Origin: an uncultured Alphaproteobacteria bacterium
GTDB taxonomy: Bacteria > Pseudomonadota > Alphaproteobacteria > CAAHEQ01 > UBA3637
Assembly (NCBI GenBank): GCA_947627155.1
Contig: CANQUX010000001.1
Location: forward strand, 64,046-128,045
Reading direction: 5' to 3'
Length of the DNA: 64,000 nucleotides
In this document: positions 48,573 to 56,564 of the stretch, piece after piece
Numbering within the stretch: position 1 is the stretch's first letter
Layout: every line of letters starts with the position of its first letter
Position numbers and translations under genes: made by a program
The notes under the pieces: model-generated
Databases searched by the model: none
What the model saw: only the letters and a program-made list of their open reading frames with translations
Told to the model about the DNA's origin: nothing

Positions 48573-50112
48573 GCAATGATTTTCCCGTCATTTCAGACGG
48601 TTGCGGCAAATGCATCAATTCAAGTAAAGTGGGTGCCACATCACATAAACGACCTTCTTTCAATCCGATGATATTTTTCGGTGCATTTACCAAAACGGCT
48701 TTAACCGGCGTGTTTGTATGGGCGGTATAAGGCGTATGTGTTGTTTCGTCCATCATTCGTTCGGCATTACCGTGATCAGCGGTAATAAACATCACGCCGC
48801 CTTTTTCTTGTACGGCCTTAACAACACGTTCCAAACAAGAATCAACGGCTTCAACGGCTTTTACGGCTGCTTCCATAACGCCTGTATGTCCGACCATATC
48901 ACCGTTGGCATAATTAACGATAATCACGTCAAACGTGTCATTTTGAATAGCCTCGACTAATTTGTCCGTTACTTCGTAAGCCGACATTTCCGGCTTTAAA
49001 TCATAAGTGGCAACTTTCGGCGAGGGAATGAGAATTCGTTCTTCGCCTTGAAACAATGTTTCTTTTCCGCCGTTAAAGAAAAAAGTCACATGGGCATATT
49101 TTTCCGTTTCGGCAATGCGCAATTGCTTTAAGCCGGCATTTGCAATCACTTCACCGAAAATTTGTTGTAAATCTTCGGGCGGGAACAAAACATGCATCCA
49201 TTGATTATGTTCCGTTGAATATTCCGTCATGGCAACGGCATCGGCAAAATGAATAACTTTTGAGCGCTCGCTAAACGTAAAATCGGGTTGCAATAAAATG
49301 CGGGTGATTTCACGCGCCCGATCGGTTCGATAGTTTGCCATAATTAAGCCATCCTGATCTTTCATGCCCTGATAATCACCGATAACGGCCGGCACAATAA
49401 ATTCATCGAACACTTTGTTATTATAAGAAGCTTCTATGGCTTCCTCTGCCGTTTTAAAACGCGGCCCTTCGGCATTGACAATCGCCTCATAGGCTAATTT
49501 AATTCTTTCCCAACGATTATCTCTGTCCATGGCATAATATCGACCCGAAACGGTTGCTACTTTCACAAAAGGCATTTGTTGACAGGCTTTTTCCAAATCA
49601 CGCAGAAATCCGAGAGCGGAATCGGGCGGTGTATCGCGTCCGTCCGTAAAAGCATGCAGGGCAACGGGAATTTCGGCTTCATTTAAAATACGCGCCAGAG
49701 CAATCACATGAGATTGTTGTGCATGAACGCCGCCTGTACCGATTAACCCCATTAAATGACACGTTCCCTTTGTGGCTTTTAATTTATCAATCAACGTGCG
49801 CAAAACGGGATTTTTATCCAGTTTGTGTGATTGAATGGCTTGATCGATGCGCGGTAAATCCTGCATAACAATTCGCCCGGCACCCAAATTGGTGTGTCCC
49901 ACTTCGGAGTTGCCCATCTGTCCGTCGGGTAAACCCACATCCAGACCCGAAGTTTTAAGCATTGTTGTGGGATATTCTTGAATTAACGTATGCCAAAACG
50001 GTGTTTTTCCCGTTTCAATGGCGTTAAATTCTTTTTGATCGCGATAACCCCAACCGTCCAATATGCACAGAACGACGGGTTTTTGTCTTGTATTCATTTT
50101 TAATCCTTTCAT
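48556..50112 (-). CDS. gpmI: 2,3-bisphosphoglycerate-independent phosphoglycerate mutase.
   Basis: iPGM signatures (CILDGWG, metalloenzyme domain). Confidence 0.9.
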   Translation of the reverse strand: MKGLKMNTRQKPVVLCILDGWGYRDQKEFNAIETGKTPFWHTLIQEYPTTMLKTSGLDVGLPDGQMGNSEVGHTNLGAGRIVMQDLPRIDQAIQSHKLDKNPVLRTLIDKLKATKGTCHLMGLIGTGGVHAQQSHVIALARILNEAEIPVALHAFTDGRDTPPDSALGFLRDLEKACQQMPFVKVATVSGRYYAMDRDNRWERIKLAYEAIVNAEGPRFKTAEEAIEASYNNKVFDEFIVPAVIGDYQGMKDQDGLIMANYRTDRAREITRILLQPDFTFSERSKVIHFADAVAMTEYSTEHNQWMHVLFPPEDLQQIFGEVIANAGLKQLRIAETEKYAHVTFFFNGGKETLFQGEERILIPSPKVATYDLKPEMSAYEVTDKLVEAIQNDTFDVIIVNYANGDMVGHTGVMEAAVKAVEAVDSCLERVVKAVQEKGGVMFITADHGNAERMMDETTHTPYTAHTNTPVKAVLVNAPKNIIGLKEGRLCDVAPTLLELMHLPQPSEMTGKSLLVYKD

Positions 50113-50333
50113 AAAAAAATAATAAATGAGTTCTTAAAACAGATAGGTGCATTATAAAATAATTTTTAGAAAAAGTGTATATTTTTTTTAAAATTTTGTA
50201 AAAAAAGATGAAAACAAAGCAAATTCAATCCGTTAAAATTTATTTTTTTCGGAAAATATTTGAAATCAAGCGATTCAATTCTTAACTTTTTGTTAAAATG
50301 GCTGATAAAACATGTAAAAAGGGAGATAATTGA

Positions 50334-51686
50334 ATGAAAAAGAATAAAAAAATGCCTCATCAGAGAATATCCTTACTGTCCGATAAAATTTTATCGAATA
50401 AAATTAAAGAAACCGTCAACGAGCTGTCGAGATATGAAAATAATGAGGAAATCAATGCTTTATCAGCATTAAATACGGTTTTGGGTACGTTGGAATCGGA
50501 AGAAAACCCGCAAACGAATCAAGATGACAAACCCTTAAAACTGATTCGTTCAAAGAAAAAAATGAAAAATAAACAAGAGGTGTTGAACGATATTATCAAT
50601 CAATTGCCGGAAGGAAGGCCGGAAGAGAAAGCAAATAAAAATAATTATAAAAATAATCGTAAAAACAATATGTTAAAAAACATAATTTATGTTTTAAATG
50701 AAACAAAAAAGAAGAAAGAAACACCTTCCGAAACGCTTACGAATGATTTAAAAAAGAAAGGCATTATTCCTCTTTGGGAACAGTTGGCGGTACAACAAAA
50801 GACAAATCAATATTCAAACATTGATAAAACGCTGTTGCTTTTTGATATTCGCCGCGCCTTGGAGGAACGTGAATTTTTTTACTTTTATCAACCGCAATGG
50901 AACATCAATACCGGTGAAATTGTTTGTTTGGAAAGTTGTTTACGGTGGCGTCATCCGACAAAAGGCATTTTAGGACCCGATTTTTTTCTCACGCTTTTTG
51001 AAGGAACCAATATGTTGTTGGATTTAATGAATATTTTGTTTGAGCAAATTTTTACCGATTTAAATCAAATGAAACTCAACGGTTTAGATTCTTTTAAAAT
51101 CTCAATTCATTTAACGCCCGAACAGCTGGAATTGGAATATTTGGGTGAAAGTTTGATAATGCTGCTGGAGAGAATGAATATTCAATTATCGCAAATCGAA
51201 TGCGCCGTAACGGAACGCCTTTTTCCGAAATATCCGCCTCTTTTAAGGGAAAACATAACGGTTTTAAAGGAAAACGGAATCACGCTTTGTTTAAATAATT
51301 TTGCCTCGGGCTATTCGGCATATCCTTATTTGCAGGAATTTCATTTTGATAAAATCAAGCTGGATAAAACTTATACGATGCATTTATTTGAAAATCCGCG
51401 CGAAAAGCTGATTGTGCAATCCGTGATTGATCAGGCGCGTTTATTTGACTCCCAAGCCGTGATTGACGGCATCAATTCGCCGCAAATGCTGCATTGGCTT
51501 CAACAACATAATTGCACGCTCGGGCAGGGCTGTTTGCTCGGAAAAGCGCGTCCTTTGGAAGAAATGATTGACTTTTTAAAAGAATATAATACAATAAAAT
51601 CCTACGGTATTGACTCGATTGAAGCGTTTTGGCGACGCAATGCGCATTTAACGCCGATAAATACCGGTTCATGTGTTGAAGAATAA
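50334..51686 (+). CDS. EAL-domain protein with a long Asn/Lys-rich N-terminal extension. The EAL motif is replaced by ESC.
   Basis: EAL-domain landmarks (FYFYQPQW..., LRWRHP, ECAVTE) but no GGDEF or sensor domain. Confidence 0.6.
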   Translation: MKKNKKMPHQRISLLSDKILSNKIKETVNELSRYENNEEINALSALNTVLGTLESEENPQTNQDDKPLKLIRSKKKMKNKQEVLNDIINQLPEGRPEEKANKNNYKNNRKNNMLKNIIYVLNETKKKKETPSETLTNDLKKKGIIPLWEQLAVQQKTNQYSNIDKTLLLFDIRRALEEREFFYFYQPQWNINTGEIVCLESCLRWRHPTKGILGPDFFLTLFEGTNMLLDLMNILFEQIFTDLNQMKLNGLDSFKISIHLTPEQLELEYLGESLIMLLERMNIQLSQIECAVTERLFPKYPPLLRENITVLKENGITLCLNNFASGYSAYPYLQEFHFDKIKLDKTYTMHLFENPREKLIVQSVIDQARLFDSQAVIDGINSPQMLHWLQQHNCTLGQGCLLGKARPLEEMIDFLKEYNTIKSYGIDSIEAFWRRNAHLTPINTGSCVEE

Positions 51687-51696
51687 AGGATAAAAA

Positions 51697-52992
51697 ATGG
51701 AGACAGTTAAAAAGCCGGAATTATTATTGCCGGCGGGGTCGTTGGAACGGTTGAAAACGGCGTTTTTGTATGGCGCCGATGCCGTTTATGCCGGTATGCC
51801 GGGCGTGTGTTTAAGAAATAAAATTGCTTTCAGTTACGAAGAATTGCAAGAAGGAATTACCTTTGCGCATTCTTTAAAGAAAAAAGTTTATTTAACCGTT
51901 AATTTGTTTACGCATAATCATGATATTGCACGCGTCAAAGATTTTACGGCGCATTTAAAAGCTTTAAACCCCGACGGCGTAATTGTGGCCGATCCGGGCG
52001 TGTTCGGGCTTATTCGGCAAGAACTTCCCGATTTGCCGCTTCATATTTCAACACAAGCCAATATATGTTCCTATTTAACCGTTCGTTTTTGGCAAGAGCA
52101 GGGCGCGGCCTTATGCGTGTTGGGGCGGGAAGTGCCGTTGACGGAAATGAAAGAAATTCGCGAGAAATGCCCGGATATTCGCTTGGAAGCCTTTGTTCAC
52201 GGGGCGTTATGCGTCAGCTATTCGGGGCGGTGTTTGCTTTCAAATTTTATGACAGGACGCAGTGCCAATAAAGGCAATTGTGCACATGCGTGTCGGTGGC
52301 GTTATAAAGTATATAAAGCCGAAGAGCAGGCGGAAAACAGAGAAGATTCAACTTATTATATTGAAGAAGAAACGCGGCCGTTATCATTGATGCGCATTGA
52401 TGAAGATGAAAACGGCACATATATTATGAACTCGCGCGATTTATGCTGGTTGCCGCGGTTGCCCGATATATTGCCGATCGGGCTGGATTCGTTTAAAATT
52501 GAAGGGCGCAACAAATCGCAATATTATGCGGCGGTAACGGCGCGAACGTATCGAAAAGCCATTGACGATTGGTTTCAAAACCCGAACAATTGGCAGCCGG
52601 ATAAATATATGGATGAAATATTATCTTTGCAATCGCGCGGCTATACGCTCGGATTTTTAGACGGCAATGCCGGCCCCGAAGCGCATAATTATGATGTTTC
52701 GGCCAGTAACGGGGCTTATCGTTTTGCGGGGGTGGTGCGAACAGTTGAAAACGGACTGTTAACGCTTGAAATTAAGCATAAAATCATAAAAGGAATGACG
52801 CTTGAATTTTTATCGCCGTATCAGTTTGAGCCGATTAAAATAGCGGTTGAACGTTTTTATAACGCCGAAAACGCGGCCGAATGTCAAGAGCTTTCTGCGG
52901 GGCATTTAGGGCAGGCGGTTCAAATCCCGGTATCAGCCGAAACCGCGCGCTTATTACCGGCATTAACCGTTTGTCGCACAAAAATAAGTTAA
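51697..52992 (+). CDS. U32-family peptidase (RlhA/TrhP-like).
   Basis: U32 signature, including the conserved Cys-rich segment (CVSYSGRCLLSNF...GNCAHACRW). Confidence 0.8.
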   Translation: METVKKPELLLPAGSLERLKTAFLYGADAVYAGMPGVCLRNKIAFSYEELQEGITFAHSLKKKVYLTVNLFTHNHDIARVKDFTAHLKALNPDGVIVADPGVFGLIRQELPDLPLHISTQANICSYLTVRFWQEQGAALCVLGREVPLTEMKEIREKCPDIRLEAFVHGALCVSYSGRCLLSNFMTGRSANKGNCAHACRWRYKVYKAEEQAENREDSTYYIEEETRPLSLMRIDEDENGTYIMNSRDLCWLPRLPDILPIGLDSFKIEGRNKSQYYAAVTARTYRKAIDDWFQNPNNWQPDKYMDEILSLQSRGYTLGFLDGNAGPEAHNYDVSASNGAYRFAGVVRTVENGLLTLEIKHKIIKGMTLEFLSPYQFEPIKIAVERFYNAENAAECQELSAGHLGQAVQIPVSAETARLLPALTVCRTKIS

Positions 52993-53003
52993 GCGTTGGT
53001 TTA

Positions 53004-53039
53004 AAGCGTGGGCGTGAAAGAATGCGACACGCTTTTTTT
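53004..53039 (+). terminator. Intrinsic terminator of the U32 gene.
   Basis: AAGCGTG...CACGCTT stem followed by 7 T. Confidence 0.55.
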
Positions 53040-53070
53040 CCTTTATCGGTGCGGGTGAAGTAATAAGATA

Positions 53071-53154
53071 CTCTCTTTTTCCCCTCTATCGGCGGGTGTG
53101 ATGCGCTCAAGAAAGGAGCGCATCGCTATGGGCCGATAGAGGAGAAGAGGGAGG
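53071..53154. repeat. Repeat unit A.
   Basis: Outer stem 53083-53093/53132-53142, extendable with G·U pairs. Inner hairpin ATGCGCTC-aagaaag-GAGCGCAT at 53101-53123. Internal loops GGGTGTG / CGCTATGG. Confidence 0.7.
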
Positions 53155-53229
53155 GCAGGCTGTCATTTTGGCAGAAGTGGTAAAGACAAACGATATTTTT
53201 CCCTTCTTTGTTTATAAGTGGTACTTTTT

Positions 53230-53293
53230 CTTATTTTCGGCGGGAAGTGCCGGCGCGTGGAACGTGCGCCGGCGCGGTGTGCCGAAAATGAAG
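53230..53293. repeat. Repeat unit B.
   Basis: Outer stem 53233-53241/53281-53289. Inner hairpin CCGGCGC...GCGCCGG at 53250-53272. Internal loops GGGAAGTG / CGCGGTGT. Confidence 0.65.
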
Positions 53294-53342
53294 CGATTCG
53301 GTAAGTTAAAAGGGGAGTTGGGAAGTAGCAGTTGTGACACTA

Positions 53343-53405
53343 TCTCTCATTCTCGGCGGATGTGGGACGTCGCGGACGTCCCGCTAATGTGCCGAGAATG
53401 AGAAA
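53343..53405. repeat. Repeat unit C.
   Basis: Outer stem 53348-53357/53391-53400. Inner hairpin GGACGTC-gcg-GACGTCC at 53365-53381. Internal loops GGATGTG / CGCTAATGT. Confidence 0.65.
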
Positions 53406-53440
53406 ATGGCAGGGAAACTTATACTTTTTAAGGTTGGCAC

Positions 53441-53520
53441 CGATATTTTCCCTCTATCGGCGGGTGTGGAGCGGCGCAACTGTGCCGCTCCGCTATGGGC
53501 CGATAAGAGAAAAGGGAGAG
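53441..53520. repeat. Repeat unit D.
   Basis: Outer stem 53451-53461/53499-53509. Inner hairpin GAGCGGC...GCCGCTC at 53469-53490. Internal loops GGGTGTG / CGCTATGG, identical to unit A. Confidence 0.7.
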
Positions 53521-53594
53521 GTGCCCCGCTGAATGGAAGCCGTAAAGGCGGGGCATCGGGGGGGCGATGGCTCACGCCATCGAAAAAGCTGGCC

Positions 53595-55007
53595 TCACTC
53601 ACATAAGGCGTAGTTGCCGTTGCGGTTGCGACCGTATTTGTCGACGATACCGCCCATGAGGTTAACGCGGTACGCGTTGCAGGAAGAATCGTACATATCG
53701 TACATCCATACCCAACAATTACCAAAATCATCGTACAAATCCTTTCTTATCTGACATATGCCTCCGGACGACACCTCGCCACACCCGATGCTTGCCCGCG
53801 TTGCTTGTTTCATTCCTAATGCCTCACAGAACCGCCCGGCGCTCCACCATGTCATATAACCATTATTCACACTCGGCTCGCCAAAAATAAATCCGCTTTT
53901 TGCACCTGCTTTTCCATCCTTTATATCTTTGCTCGCATTCCGGCATTCACTCTTACGAGTGTTATATCCTCCAAATTTATTAGGGTCAAATTCTTGGTCG
54001 TCACCACAATCCTTCCCATAATACATGTAGCAATACTCTCCCAGGCCGCAATCAGAATTTTTCTCGCATTCACCGACGCGCTCCTTATCACATCCGCCGT
54101 TTTCAAGTGATGCTTTCCATTCTTTGCTTGTGTCACTGCTACAAACGCATTTCCCATTCTCCGGTTTACTGCCTTCCGGACAGGTTGTGCATTTAGTGCC
54201 GTCCCAATATGGTGTAGCAGTACTGCATACACATTTTTCGCCATCTTCACTAAGCTCTGCCCCGGCCGGACAAGCGCACTTTTTGCCGGTCCATACTTTT
54301 CCGCCCGAACAACCCGCGCAACAGCCGCCGTTACATGTTTTCTCGTCTTCCGCACAGGTGCATTCGTTCCCATCGTCACTCCGCGTTGTGCCTTTCGGAC
54401 ATTCTTCCGGCACGGGGTCATCATCTTGCGGCTCATCGCCTTGTTCTTCCGGCGGCTCCGGATTATCGCTTCCGCCGCTCACACCGCCTATATCTTTGGT
54501 TGAAAAGGCGACCATTACTTCATTTTCTGTCTCAGAACAGAGATTTTCTGTTGTAGTATAGTCACCACCGTTAATCTCTAATGCGGCTGTATCATCCATG
54601 CTGTCTAATAACGTGGCTAACGGTTTGCAAACCCCGGCCGGTATACCCGATAATGTAAATGAATAGCCCTCTTCTCCCCCTTCTTCATCCGATATTATAA
54701 CCGGATAAGCTATCTCAACGGCATAACTTTCATTAAATTTTAAGTGCCCCTCCTCACCGTCATACGGCTCGCCCAACAATAATTCCACGCCACGCGCAAC
54801 TTTCATTTTCGCATCGGTGCGCATGAGATTGATTTCATTCGCAATTTGATTCGCCTGATATCGATTCATTGCCATTCTGTATCCGGCAATCCCGCCAATC
54901 GATATAACACCGATTATGGCCAAAACGCCCAGCATTTCAACCATACTACGCCCTTCTTGCGCTTGATTTTGAACTTGTTTTAATTGCTTTTTCTGTTGTT
55001 TTTTCAT
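53595..55007 (-). CDS. Pilin-like N-terminus fused to eukaryote-like cysteine-rich repeats. Possible C-type-lectin-like C-terminus.
   Basis: Charged leader then G-RSMVE-MLGVLAIIGVISIGGIAGY. A run of C-x-C-P-x-G...KC-x-C repeats (furin/EGF-like). The protein ends ...NCWVWMYD...YALCE. The gene is GC-rich relative to its surroundings. RBS GGAGG. Confidence 0.6.
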   Translation of the reverse strand: MKKQQKKQLKQVQNQAQEGRSMVEMLGVLAIIGVISIGGIAGYRMAMNRYQANQIANEINLMRTDAKMKVARGVELLLGEPYDGEEGHLKFNESYAVEIAYPVIISDEEGGEEGYSFTLSGIPAGVCKPLATLLDSMDDTAALEINGGDYTTTENLCSETENEVMVAFSTKDIGGVSGGSDNPEPPEEQGDEPQDDDPVPEECPKGTTRSDDGNECTCAEDEKTCNGGCCAGCSGGKVWTGKKCACPAGAELSEDGEKCVCSTATPYWDGTKCTTCPEGSKPENGKCVCSSDTSKEWKASLENGGCDKERVGECEKNSDCGLGEYCYMYYGKDCGDDQEFDPNKFGGYNTRKSECRNASKDIKDGKAGAKSGFIFGEPSVNNGYMTWWSAGRFCEALGMKQATRASIGCGEVSSGGICQIRKDLYDDFGNCWVWMYDMYDSSCNAYRVNLMGGIVDKYGRNRNGNYALCE

Positions 55008-55243
55008 GAACTTTCCTCCCGTGTTCTATCTTTCAATTGTATAAATTAAACGTACCTTTAATGCAACGCGGATTCAGGGGCAAAATTACCCTCAAAAATT
55101 GGTGAAACAGCCTTTTTATAACCGTTTGATATTGCATTAAATTTACCTCCAAATAAATTTTTTTTGAAAAAATGCAAAAAAAGTGTTGCAAAAATCGTAC
55201 GTTTTTTTGATGCATATTCAAAAAAAATCGCCTTGATGAGAGG

Positions 55244-55335
55244 CGACCGGAAGTTGGAAACTACTTATACGAGATAGTGCGGTATATTGACCAAAAGGCT
55301 ATTTTACCGCCTTCCGGTCGTTCGACCATTTTCCC
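55244..55335. repeat. Divergent nested-hairpin element related to the 53.0-53.5 kb array.
   Basis: Outer stem CGACCGGAAG/CTTCCGGTCG (55244-55253/55311-55320). Inner hairpin GCGGTA...TACCGC. It shares the flanking CGAYCATTTTCCC motif with array units (53192, 53441). Confidence 0.45.
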
Positions 55336-55567
55336 TTATAAATAAGGGAAATTTATCCTTTTTCAAGGACACGTATAATGAGGTTTCCATACCTCGGGGC
55401 ACACATCACTTGCCTTGTCTTCAAGTATAAAGGCACTCAAAACCAATGTCAAGCAGAAAAAACAGGTTTGTTTTATTTTCTCATCATCAAGATTTATTTA
55501 AAAATAACGCCATGATTAAAAAATTATTGTGTTTTTATAAAATAGAGTGTATAATTTAAATTAAGTT

Positions 55568-56344
55568 ATGGAGAAAATGAAAATGTCGAATGAAATAGTA
55601 ACTGCCGTTCAACGAAATAATTTAGAAGCCGTTCAAAAGTTAATTAAACAAGGCGCTTCCGTTAATTTGGTGAATAAAGATGTTTCCTTGTTGCTTTTTG
55701 CTGTCGGAACAAAGAAAAATCCGCAAATTATACAAGAACTAATAAACGGCGGTGCCAATGTTAATCGCGCCAATGACAAGGGCTTGTCACCGTTAATTAT
55801 TGCTTCGGCAAGTCAGCAACCGAAAGTTGTTGAAATGTTATTAAATGCCGGTGCAAATGTTAATCAACCGGATATTCAGGGAACTACGCCCGTTATGTAT
55901 TCCGCCATGTGGGGTGATATTGTAACGACTCGTTTGTTAATCGGGGCCGGAGCTGATGTTAATCAAACGAATCATGAGGGACTGACGGCGCTTATGCGAA
56001 CCGTAGCGGAGGGACAAAAAGAAGTTGCCGAAACGCTTATTAAATCCGGCGCCGATGTGAATAAAGTTACCAATAACGGTTATTCCGCATTGATGTTTGC
56101 GGCATCGGAAGGACATACCGATACCGTTAAAGTGCTTCTGTCAGCCGGAGCTGATGTAAAACAGAAAAATAAAGAAGGTAAAACGGCTCTGGATATGGTT
56201 AATGATGCCATTAAAGAAAATCCTCAAGCCAAAGAAAAATTTATTGAAATTCAAAAGCTTTTAAACGGCGGATTGTGTAAAACATTATCCAATGCCCAAG
56301 AACCGACACAAACATCGGTGAGGAATAATTCAAACGAACGGTAA
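55568..56344 (+). CDS. Ankyrin repeat protein.
   Basis: Seven ANK repeats (GADVN/GANVN periodicity). Confidence 0.85.
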   Translation: MEKMKMSNEIVTAVQRNNLEAVQKLIKQGASVNLVNKDVSLLLFAVGTKKNPQIIQELINGGANVNRANDKGLSPLIIASASQQPKVVEMLLNAGANVNQPDIQGTTPVMYSAMWGDIVTTRLLIGAGADVNQTNHEGLTALMRTVAEGQKEVAETLIKSGADVNKVTNNGYSALMFAASEGHTDTVKVLLSAGADVKQKNKEGKTALDMVNDAIKENPQAKEKFIEIQKLLNGGLCKTLSNAQEPTQTSVRNNSNER

Positions 56345-56371
56345 TTGATTGCCTTGTAATTAAAAAACAAA

Positions 56372-56400
56372 AAACCCTTCAAAATGAAGGGTTTATTTTT
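56372..56400. terminator. Bidirectional terminator (ank gene on plus, tRNA-Leu on minus).
   Basis: AAACCCTTC-aaaat-GAAGGGTTT with T/A runs on both sides. Confidence 0.65.
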
Positions 56401-56486
56401 GGTACCTCTAGCCGGACTTGAACCAGCATGACCTTGCGGTCAACAGATTTTGAGTCTGTCGCGTCTACCAGTTTCGCCATAGAGGC
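56400..56486 (-). tRNA. tRNA-Leu (CAA).
   Basis: 87 nt with a long variable arm. Anticodon loop CTCAAAA. Acceptor GCCTCTA/TAGAGGT, discriminator A. Encoded CCA. Confidence 0.85.
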
Positions 56487-56495
56487 ATTTTTTAG

Positions 56496-56524
56496 TGGAC
56501 AAACCCATTATGCACAGTTATAAT
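56496..56524 (+). promoter_or_regulatory. Promoter of the SDR gene. Overlaps the divergent tRNA-Leu promoter face-to-face.
   Basis: TGGACA-N17-TATAAT on the plus strand. Confidence 0.45.
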
Positions 56525-56534
56525 CACTTGTCAA
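56507..56534 (-). promoter_or_regulatory. Promoter of tRNA-Leu.
   Basis: Minus strand TTGACA-N16-CATAAT, about 20 nt upstream of the tRNA 5' end. Confidence 0.5.
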
Positions 56535-56564
56535 GAACTTTTTTTCAAAAGAAAGGGATTTTTT

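Larger units (their letters stand above)
53041..53530. repeat. Tandem array of 4.5 nested-hairpin palindromic repeat units. Novel and unclassified; REP/BIME-like or a structured RNA family.
   Basis: Units at about 53071-53154, 53230-53293, 53343-53405 and 53441-53520, plus a 5' half-unit at 53041-53060. Each has an outer stem (CTCTATCGGC/GCCGATAGAG; ATTTTCGGC/GCCGAAAAT; CATTCTCGGC/GCCGAGAATG), an inner GC hairpin and conserved internal loops. Confidence 0.7.

Noticed and set aside
53041-53530. Possible CRISPR array.
   Set aside because: The units are internally palindromic and mutually divergent. There are no identical direct repeats separated by unique spacers, and no cas genes are present in the window.
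53531-53594. Hairpin CGATGGC-GTGA-GCCATCG (GNRA tetraloop) and GCCCCGC...GCGGGGC immediately downstream of the pilin-like gene as its terminator.
   Set aside because: Neither strand has a U-run following the stems. They may still act as a rho-dependent or stabilising 3' structure, but they cannot be called an intrinsic terminator.
53168-53731. ORF-track ORFs inside the palindromic repeat array (53168-53401 +, 53406-53606 +, 53384-53731 -).
   Set aside because: They run through tandem imperfect palindromes. They have no RBS and an Ala/Gly/Arg-rich composition dictated by the GC-rich hairpins. They are overlapping on both strands, which makes them spurious.
54124-54561. Plus-strand ORFs (54124-54561, 54335-54556) opposite the Cys-rich pilin-like gene.
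   Set aside because: They are a GC-rich region artefact. The minus-strand frame carries the coherent prepilin N-terminus, the RBS and the Cys-repeat periodicity.
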